Source of the DNA: the human T2T-CHM13v2.0 reference genome, Homo sapiens
DNA: 64,000 nucleotides
Assembly: GCF_009914755.1 (NCBI RefSeq)
Contig: NC_060928.1
Strand: one strand, 5' to 3'
Shown here: in pieces, positions 25,780 through 37,992 of the stretch
Layout of the letters: each line of letters opens with the position of its first letter
Position numbering within the stretch: the stretch's first letter is position 1
Program-made: the position numbers and the translations under genes
Notes under the pieces: generated by a model
Seen by the model: only the letters and a program-made list of their open reading frames with translations
What the model was told of the DNA's origin: nothing
Database searches by the model: none

Positions 25780-26360
25780 TCTGCCTCGGCCTCGGTCTCC
25801 TCACCTGTGGACGGGCGGCCGGGCTGGGGAGGGGCCGGGCCATGGGGGTTGGAGAGCGGCCGCCGCCAAGGCACAAACGACACAGCTTGTCTTCACCCAC
25901 CGGGTGCCGCGGGGCTTCCAAACGCCTGCATGAGGAACGTGGCCGGGCGGGAGCCTGCGGTGGCCGTGAATGGAGCCTTGAGCCGCCCCGGCCCCGGGGC
26001 CGGGATAAAGGGCCCCAGTCATGCCGCCCTGGCCCGGGCAAGTGTGCTAAGTTGAGGCTATAAATTACCCGCGGCCAGGCCAGCGCCACCGCAGGGCGGG
26101 CGGGCGGGCGGGGCGCCGGGAGGGGGCTCTGGCTCTGTAAATCGGCCCTTTCACCACTGGAGGCCGCGCACGAAAGAAAAACTTTGTTTTATTAAAGCAA
26201 CATCAGGGCTGTGGCCGCCGGCCGAGAGGCGCCGGCAGCGAGGCTGGGCAGGCGAGGGCTCCTGCCGCACCCGGCTCGGAGAAAGGCCCCTTCAGGAATG
26301 GCTGTCTCTGGCCTCTGGCCGCGGGGCCGGGCCGGGGGCTCGGTGCTGCACCCCCGACCC
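25780..26360. promoter_or_regulatory. Orphan CpG island / candidate FGFR3 enhancer
   Basis: High CpG density and GC boxes (GGGCGG array 26094-26115), with embedded AT-rich motifs TATAAAT, GTAAATC, CTTTGTT and TTTTATTAA. Confidence 0.6.
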
Positions 26361-26745
26361 ACAGGCCCACCCTGACCCTGGCCCCAGAGCCCTCTGGGCA
26401 GCCTCGCCCTTGCCCCCAGACCCCACAGTACGAGCTGGCCTGTGCTCATCCAGGAGGTCGTGGCCTGGAGCGGGCGTCCGGGCCATCCACCTCCACAGTC
26501 AAGAGCCAAGTCGTCCCTTCAGGGGCTGGGCTGGGTGCCAGGATGGTTGGGGGCAGAGGAGGAGAAAGAAGAGAGACCCAGGCCCAGGGCTTGCCCCGCT
26601 GGGCTCAGGCCCCGCTCAGCAGAGCAGGCATTCGGCTCTGGGGGACTGCAAACACAGGCCAGCCCTCAGGTGCAGCCCTGGAGAACGGCGAGTCGGAAGG
26701 AGGGGCGTGGGTCTGGAGCTGCCTACGACAATATTTAGACAATTT

Positions 26746-27041
<296 letters not shown>

Positions 27042-29339
27042 AATATTTAGACAATTTAAGTGAAACTGAATGAAAACCAGGCAGCTGGCGTCTGTCCCTC
27101 TCGTGGCCATAGGCGATAGGGCCCTGCAGACCCCAAGGGCAGGTGATTGAGACCTGGGGGCCGAGTGTGAGCCTGGCTGGCCTCCTGAGCCTGCTCCCAC
27201 CCACATCTTGCCCCCACAGGGGATCCCCCACCCTCTGTTCCTGTTCCTGTAGGGCCTCCCTGAGCACGGCCCTCTGCCCTTGAACCCCCAGCCTCCTTAG
27301 AGCCTCCCCTGCACCACAGACCATGGTGGGGGCTGCGGCCTGAGGCTGGTACCGCCCCGTAAGGTGTCCATCCTCCCCTCCCTCCTCCTCTCCTCGGGGC
27401 AGGCCTGAGCCCCCACCTCCAGCCCTGCGAGGGGTGCGGGCAAGATGGGTGCCTGGCGCCAGAGCAGGGGCCAGCAGGACATGATGGCCTGGGACTCAGG
27501 TACTGAGGCAGGTGGCGGGGGGCTGCTATGGGGCTGGGGGCATCTTCTGACTTCTCCTTGGAAGGTGTGGCTGGCTTTGGGCCCAGACCCCTCAGCTGAG
27601 AATGGGGCTGGGCGGTCAGGGCTGGGTTCACATTGTGTGTCTCTGGGCGCCGAAACCCACCTCTCTCCAGAGACCCCTCTGCCTGCCTCTCCCCACTGGG
27701 GCTGCCTTGTCCCTGGCCCCAGTGCAGCTTGCAGCTAGGACACTCCTGTCCCCCAGCCCTGGCTCTCAGATGAGTGGAGTCTCCATGGGGCACAAAGAGT
27801 TGGGTGGCACTGAAGCCTGGTGCAGGGAGGGGCCTGGCAGGGACTGGAACTCGATGTTTGGGGACAGTTTCTTGTCCCCAGGGTCCCTGGGCCACAAAAA
27901 GCTGCAGGGTCAATCCAGAGACCCCAAAGCCCTGGCCTCCTGCCCAGCCCACTTCACACTGCCACCCCTGCATCCCTGGGGTCTGCTGGGTGCTTCTACC
28001 TCCTCCTCCATCCTAGCAAGCTCCTATTCACCCCTGAAGACCCACGCAGAGGAAGCTCCCCTGACTCAGGCTAGCCTCGTCCCCTGCCCTCTGCTCAGGC
28101 TTGTCCCCTGCCCTCTGCTCCTGGGAGATGGCAGTGGGCAGGCGTTCTGCAGGCAAAGCCCATGGCGGGCCTGGGTGTGGACCCCCCTCTGTCCAGGCCT
28201 CCCTAGAGGAGCAAGCCCTGCACCACCTCAGCCCTGGGCTCCACCTCAGCCCTGTTGTGTCACGTGACTGCGCCCTGGAGGGATACTCAGAGGGGTGAAG
28301 ATGAGCAAGGCACCTGCATTCCAGCAACGGAGCAGGCACAGAGTGGGGAGAAGGGAGGAGGGAGGAGGGAGGAGGGCGTGGAGCACAGGGCACTAGTGCT
28401 GCAGCCTAGTGGGCACCAGGGAGCTTTGGTTCTGACCTGGAGGTCACAGGAGCCACTGCCGGTGTGGGGTGGGGCAGGATGTGGGGGATCCCCTGGCTGC
28501 CGTGGGCACAGGGGACAGGAGGCCACCCAGGACAGCAAGGTCCCTGTGGGGACTGGGGCTGGGGTCAAACGTGAGGAGGGTGTAATTTCAGGCCTTTGTA
28601 GGTGGCCTTGGGCCTAGGTGCAGGCTCACACCTTCCCAACCTCCTGCCCTGCCCTGGGGCCCCTCCCTGACATGGTGGGCAGAGCCCAGGCTGGCTGGGG
28701 TGCCAGGTCCCACCAGGGTATTAGGGGGCAGGGCCTGGGAGGCCAGTACCCCTGGAATCACTCAGCTCTGGGCCTGCCACCCAGGAGATGAAAGGCCCTG
28801 CCCCTCTCAGGGCCCACATGCCCTTTGAAGGCTGTGGGAATGCCCGCAGGGCAGGCGAGTGCCAGGCGTGAGGAGGCTGCTGGGGCCATGGCGGAGGCCC
28901 AGAGGATGGCCCAGGCCTGCAACGCCTCCTGCTGAGTCCCGGCAACCCTCCCAAGGCCACATTGTCATGCACTTCCCAGCTCTGAGGTGCCAGTCGAGGA
29001 GGGAGGGGAGGGGCAGGGACGTGCCCCCCCTTCTAGGCCTGGGACCCTGTCTTCCATCTGGACTGCCTGTAGAGGCAGGGGCCCTGTGGGCGGCTGCGAA
29101 AGCAGGGTTCACCCACCCAGTTCGGGCCTTAGTGACCCGCGCTCAGCCACAGCCACAGGGCCCTTCAGCAGGTCGCCCGAGGCCCCTCCCCCACCTCCTC
29201 TCCAGTCCAGGGTCCGAGGACGGGTCTCCGGCCATCCCCGCCTCAGGGGTCAGCACAGAAGCTCCAGCCAGAGCCTGGTCCCTGCCCTCTTCAGACCAGG
29301 GCTGTAGGGGGATGTCCTGCCACTGGCAGGGGTCGGCCG

Positions 29340-30480
29340 CCTGCCCTCACCCTCCTGGCTCCGGCGGGCGCGGCTGGAATGTTTGCCTTTGCTGTTTGCC
29401 GGGGGAAGGGGGGGTGGGGTGAGCGCGGCCCCCCGGGGAGCCCTGTCCCGTCCAGCTGGGTCCGCGAGGCCAGTCGGCCGTGGAGGGGACCCTCCGGCTC
29501 CGACGGGGAGTTCCAGGGCCGGCGGTGGCACAAAGGGTGCTTCCTGCCCGCGGTGGTCCCTCGTCTGCTCCGGCCCCTGCGGCCCCGACTGGGAGACCCA
29601 AGCCCAGAGGCGCGCCCGGCCCCACCGCCCCCTCCGCCCGCCCGCCTCCGGGGCTCCCCGCGCGGCTCGGAGATTATGCAAATCCCCGGCGGCTCCTTAA
29701 TTAAATCCCTAACGAGGCGCTGGGGCCGGGCCAGGGGCGGCGCTGAAAGCCGGGGTCACGCTCCAGAGGGGCCCGGCCCGTCTGCGACCAGGGGGCCCCC
29801 GCGCCCCTCCCGGCCTGGGAACCACGGCGCAGCCTGAGGGGGCGGGTCTCCCCTCCTCCCTCCCTCCCCTCCTGCCCCTCCCTCCCCTCCTGCCCCTCCC
29901 TCCCCTCCTCCCCCTCCCTCTCCCTCCTTCCCCCCTCCGCTCTGCCCCGCTCGCCCGGCCGCTCCCGGCCTCGGTGTCCCCACCGGGAGGCGCGCGCGGA
30001 CCCTCCGGGCGCCGAGGGCTGGGGTCCCGGGCGCGAGGCCGCCGGGTCGGGGGCGGGGCCGGCGGGGGCAGCGGCCCCCAGCGCCCCGCGCTCCCCTTTC
30101 AGCCGCCTGTTGTTGGGCCAACAGCTCGGGCCGCAGCCGCCTGAAAGGCCGGGATTAGCGAACATTAGCGGCCTTTGAGCGGCGCCCAGGGAGCCCCTTC
30201 CGCCCGCCACGCCCGCGCCGGCCGGAGCCCCCCGCCCCGCGCCCCGCGCCCCGCTCCCGACCCCGCTCCGCCAGCAGCGGCCCGGAGCTGCCCTTTGTGC
30301 AGAGCTGGGGCGGCCCGTACCGTCGTGCCCTTCGGAGAGACCCAAGGGTGTTCTCCAGGTGGGAGGGGTGGTGCCCCCGCTAGGTCACGGCCGCCGCCCC
30401 CCCCCCGGCCCACCCCGCCTTCCACCCCCACCCCAGGCCCCGGCTTCCAGCCCTTCTTCGCAACCCCAGCACCGCCTCCT
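29340..30480. promoter_or_regulatory. Large orphan CpG island with octamer/homeobox motifs
   Basis: Very high CpG and GC content. ATGCAAAT 29676-29683, TTAATTAA 29697-29704, GGATTA 30152-30157, CCTTTGA 30172-30178. Confidence 0.7.
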
Positions 30481-30774
30481 CCCGGCAGCCAGCGGGAGTT
30501 TCCTGAGCTCAGCCCCAGGTCGCTGGGTCCCTGCACGCCTCCCGTCCTCCTGGAAGCCCTGGCTCCAAGGTTCCATAGGCAGGTTAGCACCCCTTCCCCA
30601 CCCCCCACCTGGCCTCATCCTTTTCTCTCAAAGTAGTTTCTGGGCTCTGGGGCCAGAGGGGAGGCTGCTCATGAGATGTCGCTGTTCCCAGACAGAGCTC
30701 CGGCCCTCTCACATATGCGGAGCGCTGTCTGAACGCCCGGCCCTATCCCGGGACACCTGACCCAGATTACATTA

Positions 30775-30860
30775 CAAAAAGGTGTTGTTATTACCCTCAT
30801 TTTACAGGTGGGAAAATGAGGTGCAGTGAGGCAGCCCAAGGTCACCCTACAGCAGGTGTG
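30775..30860 (-). mobile_element. MIR fragment
   Basis: TATTACCCTCATTTTACAGGTGGGAAAATGAGG...CCCAAGGTCAC MIR core. Confidence 0.65.
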
Positions 30861-33800
30861 GAGGGGGAACTTGACCTCAGCCCCAACACCAAGGGTGTAC
30901 TCGCCCGTTCTCACCTGGCCCCGCCGTCTCCAGGGCCGCCTATTTAGGGTAATTGCTGGCCCAGGAGCCCAGGGGCTCTGCACATCTGCCCAGCCCTGCA
31001 GGGGCCTAGGGCAGGGGTCTTGGCCTGGACCACACGCGTGTGGCTGGCCCTGCGGTCCACAGGGGATGGCCTGGGCCGGGCTTCCCTCTCTAATCCTCCG
31101 TCTTTTCCCGCTCATGCTGGCCCCAAGCGCAGCTCGACCCTCGCTGCCGCCCAGGACCCGCTTCCAGCAACCCAGCCACAGGGACACGTGCACACACGCA
31201 CACGCAGGCACACACAGGCACAGGCACCCCAGCAGGCGCCCCGGCCTCAGGAGAGTAAACATCTTCACCAGAGGAAGCAACAAGCCCTCTCCCAAGAGAA
31301 AAAATGTGGCCAAACCTGACCCAGGCAGGCCTGTGGGGGGCCGGCTGGGGGCCCCATTCCTGTTGCCACCCAGAGTCACGTTGGCCTCTGAAGTTTGGTG
31401 GTAAAACATTGACAGTCCCCTGCCCCCCACCCACAGGCCTGGCACCCACACGGGTTGCGTTCTGGGAGGAGTGTGGGGCCAAGCAGGCCAGCAGGGCTAG
31501 GCAGGTGGGCACCAGGTGGGCACCTAACAGGTGCCGTTGCCCCAGCGCATGTGTGGGTGGGCTGCAGTGAGTCCCCGGAGGGCTGTATCGGCGGGCCCCC
31601 TCTGCCCCCCACATGCCCACAGCCCCGTGTCTCCTGATGCCCCCACCCTGTGCCCAGATAGTTCAGGACCAGTTCAGGCAGGTGTGGGGCCTGTGGGGCT
31701 TCAGGGGGCGGCCTTGGCTCTAGGGGGCACCCGTTGGAGCCTATCAGTGCCCAGGGCAGAGGCTCTGTGGGTCCCGCCTGCCAGAGTCCTCTGTCCTAGG
31801 CCCCACGGTGATGACCCTGAGCTCAGGAGCCCCGTCTTTGCTGGTTGGAGGAGTTTTTGGCCAGCTCTGACCCCCTTGCCTCTGGAAAGGCAGAGTCCTC
31901 CGAGTCCCCCATGGCTTCCGCTCTCCTGGCCAGGACAAGGACAGGCCTGGCCGGATCCTGTGACTCTGAAGAAACCACAGGAGCCTGGGGTTTGCAGCGG
32001 GAAACCCGATCAAGTAATGACAGGGTTGATGTGGGGGCGACTGGCCAAGGGGGGGCCGCTCCACCATGGGGGTCCCATGGCCTCCACTTCCCACTGAGAC
32101 CAGGCAGCAGGGCTAGTTCTCTGCCTTTGCTCTTGTACCTTCAACCCTGGAACTTTCAGCAGCTTCTGGGTCAGTTGGGACTGCTCTTCTGGAGTCAGCC
32201 CCGGGAGGGGTGTCAGGCCAAGGGGAAGGCCATGCCCCATGCCAGCCTGCCTCCTTGTCTCATCCCTGAGCCACCTCCAGGCCCAGGTCCCAGGTGCGGG
32301 TTGGGACAGCAGGGAAGTCAGGTGGAGTAAGGAGGAACCACGGTTCCCAGGGGCCTGCAGCCCTTCAGCCCCCCGAGGCAGGGCTCAGCTGGGCCTCCCA
32401 GAGGCCCTCCCTGAGGAGGCTGCCCCACTCAGGGTCTGGGCTGGACCCCTCAGGCCTGGTTTCTAGTACCTGGCCAGGCCTTTGGGCGGCTCCCAGGAAG
32501 TCCAGTGCAGAGGTGAACGTGCAGGAGTTCTGGAGGGTTCTGCAGTGGCTGGCCACACCCCTGCACCCACTAATAGACCAGGATCCACCCACAACCCTTT
32601 CCCACCACCCCAAGACACTTCATGGCAGGGCTGTGTTCGCCCCGCTTTCTAAAGGGGAAACCGAGGCAGGCACCAGCGTGCAACGACTACCTTGGTCACC
32701 CTGGCAGGAAGGAGGAGGGCTGGTGAGGAGGGGGATGTGGCCTCCCAGCACTCATGGGCGCGGGGCGCTACTGTGCAGGTTCAGGCGGGGCGGGCTCTGG
32801 GGTGGAACCGGGGCGGGCGCCAGAGCCTCCCTGGGCCCCGCGGCAGCCCGGGCGGGCAGCTTTAATTACCGCTCGCTGGGCCCATTGAGCCTCGTGCTAA
32901 TCCGGGCCGCCGCCGCGGGCAGCCCAGGCGGGTGTCCCCTCCCCCTGCGGCCCGGGCACGGGGTCCCCGGGTTCTCACGTCCCGCCGGCCCCAATTAAAG
33001 CGAGCTCGGCGGGGCCGCTGCTGTGCTAATGAGCTCTGTAGGCCTCTGGGCTCTGTGCCGGGGGTGCAGAGCGGGTGGGGGTGGAGCTGGCTCTGAGAGG
33101 GTGACTTGGGACCATTCCTGGGAAAAAGCCCCAAAGACTCCCCCACTCTGTGCCCACCCCCCAGGAGAAGCACCTGATGGGAGAAAGGCTGGCACAGTGC
33201 AAAGCCCTACCAGGGGTCTGCAGGACTCGCCCCCAGAAGTCAGGACACCCACCATCGGGCAGGGGTGGGGGAGGACGGCTTCCAAGAGGGCAGTGTAGCC
33301 AGGTGGGGGGCACCGGGCTCGGGGTCGGGTGGAGTCTGCCCACTGTCTCAGCTCCCTGAGGGCTTCCTCTCCTCCGGACACTGGTGGTCGCGGGCATTGG
33401 TGGCCTGGGGACAAAGGCCATGCTGGTGCATGTTCTGGCATGCACCTGAGGCTTGACTCCTGTGGGACACAGACACTAGGAGGGGCCCCTGGGCTTTTCA
33501 CTCGGAGGAAACCTAACCCCAACCCTGACCCTGGGACCTGAGAGGCAAAGGGCAAGTGAGGGCTGAGGTCTGTACGGCCCAGGGCTCCAGGCTCTGCAGC
33601 TCTGGGTAGCAGAGGAGGCAGGGGAGCAGGACCAAACACGTCTCAGGCCCACCAGGGGTGCCCGGCCTCAGACTGCACTGCACGGGGCAAACTTGTGAGG
33701 TCCCTGGGGGCTCTGTGGGTTTGCAAACCTCTCCCCACCCAGGGCCTTCAGGTCACTCTGGAGCTGTGACCTGACCAAAGACTTGGGCTCAGGCTTGAGG

Positions 33801-36800
33801 CCTGGCCATGGCGATGGGGGGCTATGGTGACGAGGAGGCCCATGGCGATAGGAGGACCTATGTCAATGGGGTGGTGGCACAGCACACAGGACTCACCAGA
33901 GTGAGAAACTGGAGGGTCCCGGGAGGGTCCCTGGCCAGACTGCGTGCCCGAAGGCCATGAGGACAGCGGGTGTGGGCTGGGCAGGGGCTCTCTGTCTCGG
34001 GTGGCGCGTCACTGCCGGGAGCACCCCCTCTACTCGCCTGGCCTGGTATGCTGTATGCAGCCTGGGAGTGGCCACCCCTCTCTGGGTCCAGTTGCCTGTC
34101 TGGAGGCCAGGCTGGGTGTGTGAGGACCCTGCGGGGGCTGGAAGTGTGGGCCAGGACCCCTCCTCCCCCACCCCAGCCGGCCCGATGCTGGGGCTCGCGG
34201 TTTTGCTGGGGCCTCCGGGTCTGGCTTGTGGCGCAGCCCCGCCCCCGCCCTCCAGTTCTGCACCGCAGCTCGGGGCCCCAGACTCCGAAGGGGGGTGAAC
34301 GGGGGCCTTGGCAGGCAGAGGCCCCAGCTCAGCCCACAGAGGCCCAGAGAGGAGCCACTGGCAGTCTACGGGGGGCTCGGGGCAGGCATGGGGAGGGGCT
34401 GGGAGCACGGGCCTCGGCTTCCTGGTGCCAGCAACTTGTGTCCTGATCCCTAACCTTTCCGACCTGACCGCTTGCAGGGGGGCCTGGGGCCTGCTCAGCA
34501 GGGCACTACCAGGGACTCTGCCCCGGCCCCTCTGTGCACACAGACACACGGGCACACAGGCACACGTGAGCACATGCCTGCGGGTGTGGGGCACACCCAT
34601 GAATACATGGCCCCTGGGCAAACATAGGCCCCAGCCCTGGGAGGGGTCCCTGGGAGGGGCCCCGGGTCTGGTCCCTGGCAGGGTCTGGGCTCAGTGGGTG
34701 TTTGTGGTGCCTGGCAGCGGTGGAGGCCGAGAGTGTGCAAAGCAGCCTGCAAGCTGTGTGATGGCGGCCCAGTTTATTGGGGGAACCCAAGCCTCCGAGG
34801 CGGGGGGTCGGGGTGACTGTGACCAGCCACCTCTCAGACTGGACCACAGGGATAGGGACTTTACCCAAAGCCAGCTCTATGCCATGCAGAAGCGTGGTTA
34901 CCCACACACTTGTGTCCAAAGACCCAGAGATGGTGCGGACCTAGGGACAGGTCAGTCCCTCCCCACCACCCCATCTCAAAGCATGGGAAACTCAGGCTAC
35001 TGTCAGGGGGCACTTATGGCACCACCAAAAGATGCTTGTGGCCCTCTCTTCCCAGGGCTGGGCAGATGGCCAAGAGTCAGGCAGGAGCTGGGGGATCTGG
35101 GGAGTTGGCCCAGGCCTCCACCTCCTTCCCCCACGTCCTCTCTGGCCACCTTGTTTGACTGGGGGATGAGGGAGGGGCCGGTTGTGTCCAAGGTGGCTTG
35201 TGTCCTGGAGAGGAAGGGACCCCTTGGGTCCCCCAAGCCTGCTCCACTCCCACCCCATGCCCCTCCCTCTGGGCCCCCTGATGGAAGGCAGGAAGGGGAG
35301 GTTATCACTTCCAACTGGCCCTCCCCTGGGCCCTGGCCCACCATGCCCACCTCTCTGCCTGGCTCGAGCCAGTGCCAGCCCTTGTTCCCTGGACAGCCGG
35401 TGAGCGCTGGAGGTGTTATCTCTGACAGGAGCAGAATGGACTCGTCGCGCCCGAAGCAGGTGTCGGCGCCTGGGATGGGGCCAACTGGAAATCCTACCCT
35501 GCTCACCACCCCCCACCCGCTGCAAACCTGGCGGGGCCGTCCCAGGAGACGCAGAGATTAGCACGACTCTTGTCCCTGTCCCTCCCCAGCTGATCTGCCC
35601 CAGATATGGGCAGGGGCCGGAATGGTGGGGCCGGAGCCGCCTCCAGAGAGAGATGGGCTCTCGAGGTTGGGTCAGGGCCGAGCAGGGCAGCTGGTTCTCT
35701 GGTGTTGGTCTCCCATTTGCCGGGTGGGGCCCACCCCTGCAGCATCTGAGTCTGTGGAGGCCCAATCTCAGATCCCAGCTCCCTTCCTGCTCAGATGGCA
35801 GCGAGATCTGGGTGAGGGTGGGGGCCGAGAGGGAGGCACGTTCGGGCTGGCTCACCCAGCTGTTCTCACACCGGCCTCCCTCTGGGCATGCGGGCCCAGA
35901 CCATCCCCAGGGGCTGTCTGTGAGCTGCCAGCTCTGATTGGCTGCTGGCCTCTGCCCGCCACGGCCTCTACCCAGGGTCCTCAGGTCCCACCTCCCACCC
36001 CCGCTGCCCGCACTGGCCATGCACTTCTGCTCTGAGACCCGACTCAGCTGTGGCCCTCTCTGGGAAGCCCTTTTAAGCCCTCCACCCCAGGCCTCAGCCC
36101 CACCTCCCCTCCTGTTCTCATTGCCTGAGATGGGCCCTGTTGGCCCAGATGGAGGCTCCCCTCTGCCCCGTGGCTCTGTGCATAGGGGTGCGGGCAGCTG
36201 CCGGACCACAGCCCATGTCTGTTCTGACCCCTCATGGCTCAGTGTGGGTGATGGGGTGGTAGGCCCTGGGACAGGGGTGAGGGGATCTGAGGAGGGCATC
36301 TTCCAGCAGGCACAAATCCCAGCAGGTGCTCAGCTCTGGCCTGGGACGGTGGCTCTGGGCTCTAGGGCTCCTAAACTCACTGCTGGGCTTGTGGCCCTCT
36401 CCTCCGGGCCTGTTCTCCATGCCTAGGTGGACAGCCCCCAGGCCCTGCGCGATCCTCTGGTGCGGCTCAGCCGAGCCCCCAGCCTCACCTGTCGCTGGGA
36501 AGGCAGCTTCAACTTCTTCCTGGCCTTCCTGCCTCCATTCTCCTCCATTCAGCCTGGGCTGCTTCCTGAACCCCACGTCCTGATGGTGGCACACTTCCCT
36601 CGGAGAGAGGCCCCCCGGGCCATGTCCTGGCTCATGGGAAGGATGGGGGTGTTGGGTGTGCCTGTGACGGAGGTTTTTGACACGGTTGTGTGAGGCTCTG
36701 CTGGAGCTGTTCTGCAGCCCCGTGTCCAACTCCAGACCTTGGGGATTTACCCGAAGCCCCCAGGCTATCCACCTGCCTGCCCTTTCCTCCCTATCCAGCC

Positions 36801-37522
36801 ATGTGCACATGGGGGCCTCACCAAAGCAGCTGAAGCTGCAAGAACATCGAGCCTACAAGGCCACAGCGGCCTCAGCCAGGCTACATCTCCCAGACTCATC
36901 CCTGGGCTCAGCGCAGCCTCTTGGCCAGGAGTCCGAACTGTGAGCCCCACTGGCCACTATGGGCCCTTTCCAGCCATGAGGGAACCCAGGCCCCAGAAGG
37001 AGGATGGGGTTCTCATTCTGCCCAGAAGAGGCTCAGGGTGGGCCGATATTCTCAAGAACCCCACCCTACCTGGGCCGCCTACAGACACTGGCCTGAGCGC
37101 ATCAGACGGACAGAGCTTTGGTTTTAGGAAGATGCCTCTTGGGCCAAGTCGGAGGATGGGGCTGAGGTTGCCAGTGCTGTCGGGGTGGGCCACAGGGTCA
37201 GGGCAGAGGCTGTGGCCCTGGGGTGTCAGGCTATGTGAAGGCAGGCCACTTCTGAGCAGGGGGGGACCTTGGTGGTCCGTGGCCCAGTGTGGGGGCCTGG
37301 AGGGTAGTATTCACAGCAGAATAGGATGGCCTGGGACCCAACGTAGGTCACCCAAGGCACAGGGATGCCCCTCCCACTGCAGTCCAAGGGAGCATTGGTG
37401 CATGGGATGAGTAGACCCCACATTGGCAGGTTGCCCCCTGAGGTCCTTGGAGGGGTAGACCTCCAGACAAAGGCTGAGGACCAAGTGCAATATCCCCAGA
37501 GGGAGCTGCCCTTTGTGGCTTA

Positions 37523-37992
<470 letters not shown>

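Noticed and set aside
28078-28120. Short local duplications (also ~33805-33870, ~41709-41731, ~48240-48283)
   Set aside because: Ordinary slippage products with no further signal.
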